Assembly: GCA_965248265.1 (NCBI GenBank)
Contig: CBDFJF010000002.1
Span: forward strand, 512,001 to 576,000
Length of the DNA stretch: 64,000 bases
DNA from: Candidatus Latescibacterota bacterium
GTDB taxonomy: Bacteria > Latescibacterota > UBA2968 > UBA8231
Reading direction: 5' to 3'
The notes under the pieces are model-generated. The model was given only the letters and a program-made list of their open reading frames with translations. It made no database searches and was not told the DNA's origin. Position numbers and translations under genes: made by a program. This document shows, piece by piece, positions 36,604-47,104 of the stretch (its first letter is position 1; each line of letters opens with the position of its first letter).

Positions 36604-38700
36604 ATGAAGAGCATGATAACAGACCGCTTGGCCGGACGCCTTGGCATGATAGCAGCTTCATTGCTGCTGGTCATGACCGGCATGAGCGTAACCGACGCCC
36701 AGGATGACATCCTGTCTGACCTGGAGATTGTCGGGGCGTCGTTCAACAGTCCCGTCGATCCGGGTGGGTCGGTGACGGTTGAGGTGACCGTACGCAACTC
36801 GGGCAACAGCATGGCTCCGGGCAGCGAGACCTCGGAGAGCAGTTACATGATCGACTTCGTCCTGTCCACGGACACCCATGTGCCCGCAGATTGGGCCGTG
36901 TTCAGCGCCAGCTTCGAAGAAGACGTGCTGCTGGCCGGCGGACGCATCAGCAACACGGAGGACGTGTTTCCCGGGGGGGACGATGTGATTTACTCCGAGA
37001 CCGGCGTCCTACCGGTGGACACACCGGTGGGTGAGTATCAGCTGTGCCTCGTCATCGATCCGGGCAACGGCGTTCAGGAGGTGGATGAGACCAACAACGT
37101 CTTCTGCCAGTCCTTGATCGTCGCCCTACCACAGCCGGATCTGGAGATCGGCGGCGCCTCCTTCAACAACCAGGTCGCACCTGGCGGCCAGGTCGATGTG
37201 GAGGTTACCGCACGCAATATCGGCACTTTCATGGCCATGGGCACGGAGACCTCACAGACCGGCTTCATGATCGACTTCGTGTTGTCCACGGACACCCATG
37301 TGCCACCCGATTTCGCCATCTACGACCCCGCCTTCTCGGAAGACGTGCTGTTGTTGGGCGGTCGCATCAGCAACACCGATGACCTGGACGCCGGCGCCGA
37401 GCAAGCCTACCAGATGCCGGGTTGGGTGCCGTCCGATACGCCCCCAGGTGATTACCAGCTGTGCCTGGTCATCGATCCGGGAGACGGCGTGGAAGAGGGC
37501 GATGAAACGAATAACGTCTATTGCCAGTCGTTGACGGTGCTCGACCTGCATCCGGATCTGGTGATTGCCGGAGCATCCTTCAGCAACCTCGTCGAACCGG
37601 GTGGCCAGCTTGACGTCGAGGTGACGGCGCGCAACGCCGGCACCGCCATGGCACCGGGAACGGAGACCTCACAGACCGGCTTCATGATCGACTTCGTGTT
37701 GTCCACGGACACCCATGTGCCACCCGATTTCGCCATCTACGACCCCGCCTTCTCGGAAGACGTGCTGTTGTTGGGCGGTCGCATCAGCAACACCGATGAC
37801 CTGGACGCCGGCGCCGAGCAAGCCTACCAGATGCCGGGTTGGGTGCCGTCCGATACGCCCCCAGGTGACTATCAGCTGTGCCTGGTCATCGATCCGGGAG
37901 ACGGCGTGGATGAAGGAGACGAAACGAACAATGTTTACTGTCAGTCCCTGACCGTGGCTGAGCTGCAGCCGGACCTGGAGATCGCCCAGGCGTTTTTCAA
38001 CAGTACGGTCGAAGCCGGTGGTCTGGTGGAGGTCGAGGTGACGGCGCTCAACGCCGGTACGGCCATGGCGCTGGGTACGGAGACCTCGCAGACCGGTTAC
38101 ATGATCGACGTGGTGTTGTCGACGGACAGCCATGTTCCTGCCGGGTTCTCGGAATTCAGTGATGTCTTCGTCGAAGATGTGCTGCTGGCAGCAGGTCGTA
38201 TCAGCAATACCAATGATCTGGCAGCTGGGGGTGCACAAGGGTACACTGAATCCAGCTGGCTGCCGTCTGACACGCCTCCCGGTGACTACCAGTTGTGCAT
38301 GGTCATCGATCCGGGTGACGGCGTGGCGGAAAGTGACGAGACCGACAACACCTACTGTCAGTCGCTGACGGTGATCGAGGCTCCCTTCAACGACGTGCCC
38401 ACGGATGTTAGTGAAGTGCAGGGAGCGGGTGTGCCGAATTCCTTCGATTTAGCACAGAATTATCCGAATCCCTTCAACCCGTCGACGAACATCCGCTTCA
38501 GTCTGCCACACGAAGCACAGGTAGTCGTGCGTGTTTACGACTGCCTGGGTGCGGTGCAGGAGACCCTGGTCAATGAGGTGCTGCAGGCCGGTAGCTACAA
38601 TGTCGATTACCATGCCGCCGGCCTGGCAAGCGGCATGTACTTCTATCGTATCGAGGCGCCCGGGTTCACGAGCACGAGGAAGTTCACGTTGATGAAATAA
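36604..38700 (+). CDS. Secreted protein with four CARDB-like repeats and a T9SS-type C-terminal sorting domain
   Basis: Signal peptide; 4 x ~139-aa repeats (PDL-I...V-VEVT-RN-G...GDYQLCLVIDPG-GV-E-DETNN); QNYPNPFNPST...SGMYFYRI; RBS GGAGG. Confidence 0.85.
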   Translation: MKSMITDRLAGRLGMIAASLLLVMTGMSVTDAQDDILSDLEIVGASFNSPVDPGGSVTVEVTVRNSGNSMAPGSETSESSYMIDFVLSTDTHVPADWAVFSASFEEDVLLAGGRISNTEDVFPGGDDVIYSETGVLPVDTPVGEYQLCLVIDPGNGVQEVDETNNVFCQSLIVALPQPDLEIGGASFNNQVAPGGQVDVEVTARNIGTFMAMGTETSQTGFMIDFVLSTDTHVPPDFAIYDPAFSEDVLLLGGRISNTDDLDAGAEQAYQMPGWVPSDTPPGDYQLCLVIDPGDGVEEGDETNNVYCQSLTVLDLHPDLVIAGASFSNLVEPGGQLDVEVTARNAGTAMAPGTETSQTGFMIDFVLSTDTHVPPDFAIYDPAFSEDVLLLGGRISNTDDLDAGAEQAYQMPGWVPSDTPPGDYQLCLVIDPGDGVDEGDETNNVYCQSLTVAELQPDLEIAQAFFNSTVEAGGLVEVEVTALNAGTAMALGTETSQTGYMIDVVLSTDSHVPAGFSEFSDVFVEDVLLAAGRISNTNDLAAGGAQGYTESSWLPSDTPPGDYQLCMVIDPGDGVAESDETDNTYCQSLTVIEAPFNDVPTDVSEVQGAGVPNSFDLAQNYPNPFNPSTNIRFSLPHEAQVVVRVYDCLGAVQETLVNEVLQAGSYNVDYHAAGLASGMYFYRIEAPGFTSTRKFTLMK
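37243..37910 (+). repeat. Near-identical internal repeat pair (37243-37493 vs 37660-37910, 417-bp period)
   Basis: 209 bp exact, then two mismatches, then identical again. Confidence 0.9.
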
Positions 38701-38723
38701 AAGGGGTGGGAGACTGAGTAGTC

Positions 38724-38759
38724 CCCGACGGTGGCCGTTGTGCGCCGTCGGGACGGCGC
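38724..38759. terminator. Overlapping GC-rich hairpins between convergent genes
   Basis: CCCGACGGTG/CGCCGTCGGG and GCGCCGT-CGGG-ACGGCGC. Confidence 0.4.
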
Positions 38760-38761
38760 TC

Positions 38762-40651
38762 TCATTGCGGATAGCCGAGTTTCGCAAACTCCGCAGTGAT
38801 CTCATCAAGAATGCCGGCATCATCGATGGTGGCCGGAACCCGGTACTCGACTCCGTCGGCGATCTTCTTCATGGTGCCTCTCAGAATCTTTCCTGAGCGC
38901 GTTTTCGGCAGCCGCGCGACCACGGCGGCGGCCTTGAACGAAGCCACCGGTCCGATCTGTTCGCGGATCAATTGTACCAACTCGGCGACGATATCGGCGC
39001 TCGGGCGAACGATGCCGGCGTTGAGGACAACGGCCCCGATCGGCACCTCACCCTTGAGGTCGTCCACCACTCCCAGCACCGCGCACTCGGCCACATCGGG
39101 ATGGGCGGCGAGCACCTCCTCCAACGCTCCCGTGGAAAGACGATGGCCCGCGACGTTAATGATATCGTCGGTCCGGCTCATGATCCACAGATAACCGTCT
39201 TCGTCCCGGTAGCCGGCGTCAGCCGTCGAATAATATCCGGGAAAGGTGTCCAGGTAGGAGCTGCGGAAGCCGTCGTCATTCTGCCACAGCGTCGGCAGGC
39301 AGCCCGGGGGCAAGGGAAGCTGAACGGCCACGCTGCCGATATCTCCGTCGGTCACTTCCACTGCATTTTCGTCCAGCACTCGGACATCGAAACCGGGTAC
39401 GGGAACGCCGGCCGATCCCGGTTTGACCGTCAACAGCTCGATGCCGATGGGGTTGGCGCAGATGGGCCAGCCGGTCTCCGTTTGCCACCAGTGGTCGACG
39501 ACGGGCACGCCCAGCTTCTCCTGCGCCCATTGCAGTGTGTCCGGATCGCAGCGCTCGCCGGCCAGAAAGAGGGTGCGGAATCGATTCAGCTGGTACTTGT
39601 CGATGAATTCGCCATCGGGGTCGTCTCTTTTGATGGCCCGGAAGGCTGTCGGTGCGGTGAACATCACCTTCACATTGTGCTCGGAGATTACACGCCAGAA
39701 CGCTCCGGGGTCGGGAGTTCCCACCGGTTTGCCTTCGTATAGGACTGTCGTGCAACCGTGAAAGAGCGGGCCGTACACGATATAGGAGTGTCCGACGACC
39801 CAACCGACATCTGACGCCGCCCAGTAGACATCTCCGGGATTGACATCGTAAATGGCCTGCATGCTCCACTCGAGTGCGACGAGATGGCCACCGTTGTCGC
39901 GGACGACCCCCTTGGGTACGCCGGTAGTGCCGGAGGTGTAGAGGATGTACAGCGGATCGGTTGCGGCGACGGGGACACATTCAACCGGCTGGGCCGCAGC
40001 CATCAGGGTTACCCAATCGACATCACGGCCTGCCGCCATCGAGGCCTCGAGCATGGGTCGCTGTAAGACCACACAGGTGTCTGGTTTGTGCGCCGCGAGT
40101 TCGATGGCGCGATCCAGGAGCGGCTTGTAAGGAATGACCCGGGCCGTCTCAATTCCACAAGAGGCGGAGACGATGACCCTCGGTCTGGCATCATCGATGC
40201 GGGTTGCCAGCTCGTTTGCCGCGAAGCCGCCGAAGACGACGGAGTGGATGGCTCCGATGCGCGCGCAGGCCAGCATGGCGATGACGGTCTCGGGGACCAT
40301 GGGCATGTAAACGATCACGCGGTCGCCTTTGACGACACCGAGAGCAGTGAGGGCGCCGGCGAACAGGGAGACCTGGTCCAGCAGGTCGCGGTAGGTGAGT
40401 GTTCTAACCGTGCCCGTGACCGGACTGTCGTAGATGAGAGCTGGTTGGGCTCCTCGCCCACCTTCGACATGGCGATCGACGGCGTTGTAACAGGTGTTGA
40501 GTTCACCGCCGACAAACCAGCGGGTGAAGGGTGGTCTGGAGTCATCGAGCACCCTGTCCCATGGTTTGTACCAGGACACGCTCTGTGCGGCCTGCTCCCA
40601 AAAGCCCTCGGGGTCTGCACGCCATGCGGCGTAGGTCTGCCGGTAGTTCAT
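38762..40651 (-). CDS. prpE: Propionate/acetate--CoA ligase
   Basis: NTCYNAVDRHV, YTSGTTGVPKGVVRDNGGH, ASDVGWVVGHSY, DHWWQTETG, LPKTRSGKILR. Confidence 0.9.
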   Translation of the reverse strand: MNYRQTYAAWRADPEGFWEQAAQSVSWYKPWDRVLDDSRPPFTRWFVGGELNTCYNAVDRHVEGGRGAQPALIYDSPVTGTVRTLTYRDLLDQVSLFAGALTALGVVKGDRVIVYMPMVPETVIAMLACARIGAIHSVVFGGFAANELATRIDDARPRVIVSASCGIETARVIPYKPLLDRAIELAAHKPDTCVVLQRPMLEASMAAGRDVDWVTLMAAAQPVECVPVAATDPLYILYTSGTTGVPKGVVRDNGGHLVALEWSMQAIYDVNPGDVYWAASDVGWVVGHSYIVYGPLFHGCTTVLYEGKPVGTPDPGAFWRVISEHNVKVMFTAPTAFRAIKRDDPDGEFIDKYQLNRFRTLFLAGERCDPDTLQWAQEKLGVPVVDHWWQTETGWPICANPIGIELLTVKPGSAGVPVPGFDVRVLDENAVEVTDGDIGSVAVQLPLPPGCLPTLWQNDDGFRSSYLDTFPGYYSTADAGYRDEDGYLWIMSRTDDIINVAGHRLSTGALEEVLAAHPDVAECAVLGVVDDLKGEVPIGAVVLNAGIVRPSADIVAELVQLIREQIGPVASFKAAAVVARLPKTRSGKILRGTMKKIADGVEYRVPATIDDAGILDEITAEFAKLGYPQ

Positions 40652-40748
40652 CTGCCAGATACTACGAGAAACAGAATAGCTACGGAAGGTGACGCCTGCT
40701 CGAACCGCTCGTTGCCAGTCTTGCTCGTAGTTGCGTACGCTATCTCCC

Positions 40749-43115
40749 ATGCGCACCTGGGTATGTATTTTCATCTGCCTTGTGTTGGTCGCAGCGGTCC
40801 ATTCAGTACAAGGCCCATCGAATGACGCCACCATCAGCGGCTTCGTGTACGACGCTGACAGTGGCGAGGTTCTGATAGGCTGCAACGTCTATCTCGAGGA
40901 CATCCAGCTGGGAACGACAACGAACCTGCACGGTTTCTACACCCTGCCGCGGGTTCCTCCCGGCGAGCACACGCTCAAATGCAGCCACGTCAGTTACGAG
41001 GCTACGTCGGAGGTTGTCACACCTTCAGCGCACCAGGCTCTGAGGATGGATCTGCATCTCACACAACGCGCAGTGGAGGCGGCAGGTGTGGTCGTGGTCG
41101 CGGCCGGCGACCAAGGACTGCAGCAGAAATCGATTTCCAAACTGGAGATTTCAGCCGCCCGGATCGATCAGATCCCCCAGGTCGTGGAGGCGGATCTGCT
41201 GCGGTCCCTGCAGACCCTTCCCGGGATCGTGCCGGTTTCCGATTACTCGTCGGCACCCTACATCCGCGGTGGAACACCTGATCAGAATCTCTACCTCGTC
41301 GACGGCACGGACGTCTACAATCCAGAGCACGCCTTCGGCCTGTTCTCCATTTTCAACACCGACGCACTCAAAAAAGCGGAGGTGTTCAAGGGCGGATTCG
41401 GTGCTCAGTACGGCGGACGGCTCTCGTCCGTTCTCAACATCACCCACCTCGACGGCAACAAGAAGGCCTTTGAGGGATCGGCCGCCATCAGTCTTCTGTC
41501 CGCCAGGACGACACTGCAGGTGCCACTGCGTGACCGCGGTTCACTCTCGGCTTCGCTGCGCCGGACCTACTTCGACCAGACCGTTGCCCGCGCCATGGAC
41601 GATATCCCGCCGTACTACTTCTGGGACGGCAATTTCAAGGCCTTCATCGACATCGATAAGACCAACAAACTTACGATCAGTGCTTTCGGCGGCCGCGATT
41701 TCCTCGACTTCACGCTGAACAGCGATGCAGTAGAAGAAGTGGGTCTGCAGTACGGTTGGGGCAACCGCACCGGCAGCGTGCGGTGGACCAGGGTCTGGAC
41801 GCCCAAGCTGTTCGGCAATCTGTGGATAACCGGTAGTCGCTTCGACTCAAAGCTGGATCTCAACCAGGTGATCGGCTTTCGCGAGACCAATGAAGTGTCA
41901 GACGTGACGTTCAAGGGGGATCTCGAATACACTCATTCCCCCGAGCTCAGCAGCCGGTTCGGTTTCGAACAGAAGTACCTGCGGGTCGCGTATGAGCAGC
42001 GGTTCCCCGACGCGAGGACGGACATCACCAAGGATCCGACGCACTACACCGGCTACGGGACGGTGCTGCTGACGTCGGGAGTACGCTGGGAGGCCGAACT
42101 CGGTGCGCGCTACCACTTCTTCGACTCGGACAAGAATTTCAGCGCCCTGGCGCCGCGGGCAGCGCTCACGTATCGACTGACTCCGGGCAGCAACATCAAA
42201 GCAGCCACAGGGATATATCATCAGTACCTGAATCGAATCCCCAGGGTCTTCATCGCCGACATCTGGACGACGGCGAACGCATTTCAACGCGGCTCGAAAG
42301 CCCGTCACTTCGTACTCGCTTACCATCAGGAAGTGGGCGATCGCTTCGAGTTCGAAGTGGAGGGGTATCACAAAGACTACGACCACATCCACGTCTTCAA
42401 TGAGGCGTTCCTGGCCGCGGTCACGACCGATATCCACGAACAGGGCGTTCCCGTGTTCACGGAAACGGTCGGCCTGTTCCATGAAGGAACCGGTGACACC
42501 AGGGGGGTTGAGGCTCTTATAACAAAAAGGCGCGGCCTGCTCTCGGGTTGGCTCGGTTACACGCTGACGCAAACGGAGTATGCCTTCCCGACACTCAATG
42601 ACGGCACGGGATTCGCACCACGGCATGATCGGACTTCGGTGGTGAATGCGGTTGCGCGGGTCGATTGCAATCAGATCACTGCGCTCGCCAGTCGATCTGG
42701 AGAAGCAACGGAGGGCAACGGCAAATGGTTTCTCGATCTGAACTTCGTCTACACATCCGGACAGCCGATAACCCAGCCGGAGTCGGGCTACGTGGCGCGG
42801 ACAGTCCCTGACGCGGATGGAGCGACGAATCTCTTCACCGGTAGCGTGCGGGACTTCGTCGTTCTGCCAGGACAGATAAATCAGTTCAGGTTACCGCCCT
42901 ACGTGCGCCTGGACGTGAGTTTGAAGTACAAGACGCGCCGCCAGGGCATGGACTGGACGGCGTACGTTCAGGTGTTCAACATCGGCAACCGTCGCAATAT
43001 CTGGTTCGTGCAGTACGACGATGACAGCAGGGGCGGCTTCGACGTCGTACAGGACGTGGACACCGTGCCGATGTTTCCCATCCTGCCGACCCTGGGGGTG
43101 CACGTTGCGTTCTGA
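40749..43115 (+). CDS. TonB-dependent receptor with carboxypeptidase-regulatory-like N-terminal domain
   Basis: ISGFVYDADSGEVLIG, RGGTPDQNLYLVDG, YGGRLSSVLNI, RLPPYVRLD, terminal F. Confidence 0.92.
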   Translation: MRTWVCIFICLVLVAAVHSVQGPSNDATISGFVYDADSGEVLIGCNVYLEDIQLGTTTNLHGFYTLPRVPPGEHTLKCSHVSYEATSEVVTPSAHQALRMDLHLTQRAVEAAGVVVVAAGDQGLQQKSISKLEISAARIDQIPQVVEADLLRSLQTLPGIVPVSDYSSAPYIRGGTPDQNLYLVDGTDVYNPEHAFGLFSIFNTDALKKAEVFKGGFGAQYGGRLSSVLNITHLDGNKKAFEGSAAISLLSARTTLQVPLRDRGSLSASLRRTYFDQTVARAMDDIPPYYFWDGNFKAFIDIDKTNKLTISAFGGRDFLDFTLNSDAVEEVGLQYGWGNRTGSVRWTRVWTPKLFGNLWITGSRFDSKLDLNQVIGFRETNEVSDVTFKGDLEYTHSPELSSRFGFEQKYLRVAYEQRFPDARTDITKDPTHYTGYGTVLLTSGVRWEAELGARYHFFDSDKNFSALAPRAALTYRLTPGSNIKAATGIYHQYLNRIPRVFIADIWTTANAFQRGSKARHFVLAYHQEVGDRFEFEVEGYHKDYDHIHVFNEAFLAAVTTDIHEQGVPVFTETVGLFHEGTGDTRGVEALITKRRGLLSGWLGYTLTQTEYAFPTLNDGTGFAPRHDRTSVVNAVARVDCNQITALASRSGEATEGNGKWFLDLNFVYTSGQPITQPESGYVARTVPDADGATNLFTGSVRDFVVLPGQINQFRLPPYVRLDVSLKYKTRRQGMDWTAYVQVFNIGNRRNIWFVQYDDDSRGGFDVVQDVDTVPMFPILPTLGVHVAF

Positions 43116-44052
43116 TCATATAAAACCGCCGACTGCGATCGCTGTCGTCGTCTTGTTGCTGTGTACGCTGGGTTTGATATCCTGTGGCGAGCCCAGCATC
43201 GTGGCCTCGAAGGGTGACTCGCAGCCAAAGCTGGCCATTCAGGGCTACCTCCTTCCACAACAGCCCGTGAGTGTCCTCATAACGAAGACATTCCCGCTCG
43301 ATCCCGCCGCTTCGATCAACAAGTTCGATCTGCTGATTGAGGACGCGTCCGTCGTGTTGGAGGATTTGACTCAGGGTGCAAGCTATCCATTGAGCTACAA
43401 CCATGAGACGATCGTGTACGAATACGCCGGTGATCAGGATCTGACCATCGTCCACGGTAGCTCCTACCGGCTGCAAGTGGAAGCGACTGTGGGGGGTGAG
43501 TCGCTGCGGGCGAGCACGACGACGACCGTGCCGCAGGCCGGTTTTGCCGTGGTCGAAGAGCAATCCAGACTGGGTCAGCTGCGTTACCGGGAACGTGAGG
43601 GCACTGGTGATGAGTTGAAGCATTTCGAGATTGCCTTCAGTCGTTCCCCAGGGATCGACTTCTACGTGCTTTCGATCAAGGCGTTGGATGCGTCTACATC
43701 GAGTTACATTTACGACAATCCATTTACGAAAAACGACAGTGCAGACGTACGGTTCTTCTTTCGTGAGTTGGTGTCCGCGTACGAATGGGGGCAGAGTCTG
43801 CCGACCGACCCCGACCGAGAACCGGTGGTCTCGATCCAGTCGATACGGTGGAGAGCGCTGCAGTTCTACGGCCGTTACCGGGCGATCATCTATGCCGCCG
43901 ACGAGAACTTCAAGGATTTCTTCCTGACCCATTCGACGACGCAGGAGCTGGACGGGAACTTCCACGCGCCCACCTTCCACATGGAGGGGGATGGCGTGGG
44001 GGTGTTTGGATCCGCCATCGCCGATACGGTTTTCTTCGAGGTGCTGCAATGA
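43105..44052 (+). CDS. DUF4249-like lipoprotein (partner of the TBDR)
   Basis: Lipobox LISC, PKLAIQGYL, C-terminal GVGVFGS; start (TTG) uncertain. Confidence 0.7.
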   Translation: MRSDHIKPPTAIAVVVLLLCTLGLISCGEPSIVASKGDSQPKLAIQGYLLPQQPVSVLITKTFPLDPAASINKFDLLIEDASVVLEDLTQGASYPLSYNHETIVYEYAGDQDLTIVHGSSYRLQVEATVGGESLRASTTTTVPQAGFAVVEEQSRLGQLRYREREGTGDELKHFEIAFSRSPGIDFYVLSIKALDASTSSYIYDNPFTKNDSADVRFFFRELVSAYEWGQSLPTDPDREPVVSIQSIRWRALQFYGRYRAIIYAADENFKDFFLTHSTTQELDGNFHAPTFHMEGDGVGVFGSAIADTVFFEVLQ

Positions 44053-44158
44053 TACCCAGACGGAATCATGGCCATGATCGGTATGACGGGGTTGCTGGCT
44101 GCGCTCATCAAGTTATGACCCGACGGGTCGCCGCCCGCCGATCTGTGCAGGGGCAACG

Positions 44159-46117
44159 GTGACCAGCCACTTTCTGCGCCCAATTCCCGTGCTGGTTATG
44201 GCGGTTGCGACAAGCGTGGCGCCGCTGAGGGCAGCCGACCTTCCCGACGACATCTTTCCCGACGACATCTGGCCCGAATCATGGTTCCAACCACCCGAGC
44301 CTGCCTCTGAAGCAGGAATAGCTCGCTTTTTCGAGTCGCCAATGCTGGCGGCTAAAGCGGCGGCCGGTACTCTGCCGCCTCTGGTGCAACGCTTACCCCA
44401 CGATCCCTTCGTCATTGAGCCGGCAGACGAAATCGGCAGGCATGGCGGCACCCTGCGTTGTTTTGGCAAGGACGACTCCGTCGTGCGCAGCCTGGAACCG
44501 CCACTGATCATGGATCCGCAGGTGAGCGGCATCCTGCCAAATCTGGCTGAGAGCTGGCGCTACAGCGAAGGAGGCAGAGTCCTGACGCTACGGTTGCGGT
44601 CGGGCCTGAAATGGTCTGATGGCCACTCATTCACCTCAGCTGCCTTCCTGTTCTGGTTTCAACATATCCTGTCCAACGAAGAGCTGAACCCGGCCATGAG
44701 TCCGCGTTGGATCGGAGCAAGCGTAACCGCACCTGCGTCTGAGACCGTGCGTTTCGAGTTTGCCGAGCCGCATCCCTACTTCATCAACAAACTGGCACAT
44801 CACGGCAACAGCTTTTACACACCAGGGCATTTCTTGCAAGACTACCATCCCGCTTTCGTCGACTCTCAGGAGTTGGATGCCAGTGCCGAGCGCGAGGGGT
44901 TTATCGGCTGGACCGCCTACTTCAACGCGGTGCGCCGGGAGGGCATGGCGGACCCTGCCGGCACGCCGACCATGAACGCGCATGTTCTGGTGAAGAAGTC
45001 GCCGATCATGCACGTGTACGAGAGAAATCCCTATTACCCGAAGATCGATCCTGCCGGGAACCAACTGCCTTACGTGGACAGCATTCGAGTGATGCTGGTC
45101 AAGAACAAGGAAGTGATAACGGCGCGCACATCCACGGGACAGATGCACTTTTCGGCGAACGGCCTGGCTACCCAGGACATCCCGCTGTTCAAGCTGGGCG
45201 AGCAGGCGAACGATTTTCGCACATTGATCTGGAAGCGGTTGCATGGCGTCGACGTGGTCATCCAGCCCAACCTGACGTCACCCGATCTCGAATTGCGAGC
45301 CATCTTCCAGGATTTCCGCTTCCGCCAGGCTCTGTCCATCGCGATCAATCGCGACGAGATCAATTCGGTTGTCTATTTCGGCAAGGCGACGCCGCGCCAG
45401 CTCCACGTCATCCCGTCGAGCGTGTTCTACAAGGAGGCGTACGCCCGTGCCTACATCGACTACGACCCGGTCACGGCACATCGGCTGCTGGATGACATGG
45501 GTCTGTTCGACAATGACGGGGACGGTATCAGAGAGAAGCCCTCGGGTGAGCCTCTCAGCCTGACACTGGAATGGCTCGACATCGAGACCCCCAAGGGCAT
45601 TACCATGGAGCTGGTTACCGAGTACTGGCGTGATGTCGGCATTCAGCTCAATACCAAACAGGTGACGAGCGGTCTCCAGGGCACGCGGGCACGCGGCAAC
45701 ATGATGGAGATGACGCTGTGGCACGCGGATCGCACCAGCGACATCCTGTTTCCCTCTGAGCCATTGTGGTTTGTGCCGATGAACAAGGGGTTGATGGAGT
45801 GCCACTGGGGGTTGTGGTCGGACTGGTACCTCAGCGACGGGGCGAGGGGCGAGGAGCCACCGCCGGATGTCATGCAGTTGATCGACTGGTGGACGGAGAT
45901 GTCTACGGCGCCGGACGCGCAACGCCGGGTATGGTTGGGCAAGCAGATCCTGCGTTCCCAGGCGGAAAACCTGTGGTCGATCGGTACGCTGGGATTGGCC
46001 CCGCAACCCGTGGTCGTGCACAACAGCCTGCGCAATGTGCCGAAGCAGGGCTACTGGGGCTGGGACAATCGCTGGAGCCTGCCGTACCATCCCGAGACCT
46101 GGTACCTGAGGAAATAG
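44159..46117 (+). CDS. ABC transporter substrate-binding protein, family 5
   Basis: ESPML...LPPLVQRLP, PNLAESW, GLKWSDG, GNQLPYVD, FRQALSIAINRDEI. Confidence 0.92.
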   Translation: MTSHFLRPIPVLVMAVATSVAPLRAADLPDDIFPDDIWPESWFQPPEPASEAGIARFFESPMLAAKAAAGTLPPLVQRLPHDPFVIEPADEIGRHGGTLRCFGKDDSVVRSLEPPLIMDPQVSGILPNLAESWRYSEGGRVLTLRLRSGLKWSDGHSFTSAAFLFWFQHILSNEELNPAMSPRWIGASVTAPASETVRFEFAEPHPYFINKLAHHGNSFYTPGHFLQDYHPAFVDSQELDASAEREGFIGWTAYFNAVRREGMADPAGTPTMNAHVLVKKSPIMHVYERNPYYPKIDPAGNQLPYVDSIRVMLVKNKEVITARTSTGQMHFSANGLATQDIPLFKLGEQANDFRTLIWKRLHGVDVVIQPNLTSPDLELRAIFQDFRFRQALSIAINRDEINSVVYFGKATPRQLHVIPSSVFYKEAYARAYIDYDPVTAHRLLDDMGLFDNDGDGIREKPSGEPLSLTLEWLDIETPKGITMELVTEYWRDVGIQLNTKQVTSGLQGTRARGNMMEMTLWHADRTSDILFPSEPLWFVPMNKGLMECHWGLWSDWYLSDGARGEEPPPDVMQLIDWWTEMSTAPDAQRRVWLGKQILRSQAENLWSIGTLGLAPQPVVVHNSLRNVPKQGYWGWDNRWSLPYHPETWYLRK

Positions 46118-46120
46118 GCC

Positions 46121-47104
46121 GTGGCTTCTTACATCACCCGGCGTCTGCTGGGAATGATACCGACGCTGTTCCTCATCTCCGTGATCAGCTTCGTGCTGAT
46201 ACAGCTGCCACCCGGAGACATCATCGAGTCCACCATCCAGGATTTGCAGCAGCAGGGCCAGCACGTCTCCATCGAGCGTATCGCGGCGATCAGAGCCATG
46301 TACCATCTGGATGATCCGATGCCCATTCAGTACGTCCGCTGGATCAGCGGCTTCATGCGCGGAGACATGGGCTACTCCCTCGTTTACCAGCAGCCGGTGA
46401 ACCAACTGATCAGCGAGCGTTTGCTGCTCACGGTGTTGGTGGCCCTGGGCAGCGTGCTGTTCACCTGGTCACTGGCGTTGCCGATCGGCATCTATTCTGC
46501 GGTAAGACAGTATTCGCTGCTCGATTACACGATGACGGTGTTTGCTCTGCTCGGTATGGCCACGCCAGGGTTCATGCTGGCCCTGCTCATCATGTACGGT
46601 GCCCATAGTTGGTTCGGGATCAGCGTCGGCGGGTTGTTCTCGCCTGAGTTCATCGACGTGCCGTGGACGCTGGCACGGGTCGCGGATCTGCTCAAACATA
46701 TATGGGCCCCCATGGTTGTACTGGGTGTGTCCGGTACGGCCGGCATGATCCGCATCATGCGCGCCAACCTTCTGGATGAACTCAAGAAGCCATACGTGGT
46801 CACAGCCAGGGCCAAGGGTTTGCGGCCGGCCAGGCTGATCATCAAATACCCACTGCGGCTCGCCATCAACCCGTTCATCTCGACCATTGGCTGGATGCTG
46901 CCGGCCCTGTTCTCGGGCTCGGCCATCGTCGCCGTGGTCATGGACCTGCCCACCACCGGACCTTTGCTGCTGGAGGCGCTGATGAGTCAGGACATGTACC
47001 TGGCCGGCAGCTTCATTCTCATCCTCAGTACCTTGACCGTCATCGGCACGCTGATCTCCGATCTGCTGCTGGCGGTCGTGGATCCGCGCATCCGTCATGA
47101 GTGA
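46121..47104 (+). CDS. DppB/OppB-like ABC permease
   Basis: YITRRLL, LPPGD, EAA-like LDELKKPYVVTARAKGL, DPRIR. Confidence 0.92.
   Translation: MASYITRRLLGMIPTLFLISVISFVLIQLPPGDIIESTIQDLQQQGQHVSIERIAAIRAMYHLDDPMPIQYVRWISGFMRGDMGYSLVYQQPVNQLISERLLLTVLVALGSVLFTWSLALPIGIYSAVRQYSLLDYTMTVFALLGMATPGFMLALLIMYGAHSWFGISVGGLFSPEFIDVPWTLARVADLLKHIWAPMVVLGVSGTAGMIRIMRANLLDELKKPYVVTARAKGLRPARLIIKYPLRLAINPFISTIGWMLPALFSGSAIVAVVMDLPTTGPLLLEALMSQDMYLAGSFILILSTLTVIGTLISDLLLAVVDPRIRHE

Noticed and set aside
36700-38380. CRISPR or mobile-element repeats
   Set aside because: The ~417-bp units are in-frame protein domain repeats within one ORF
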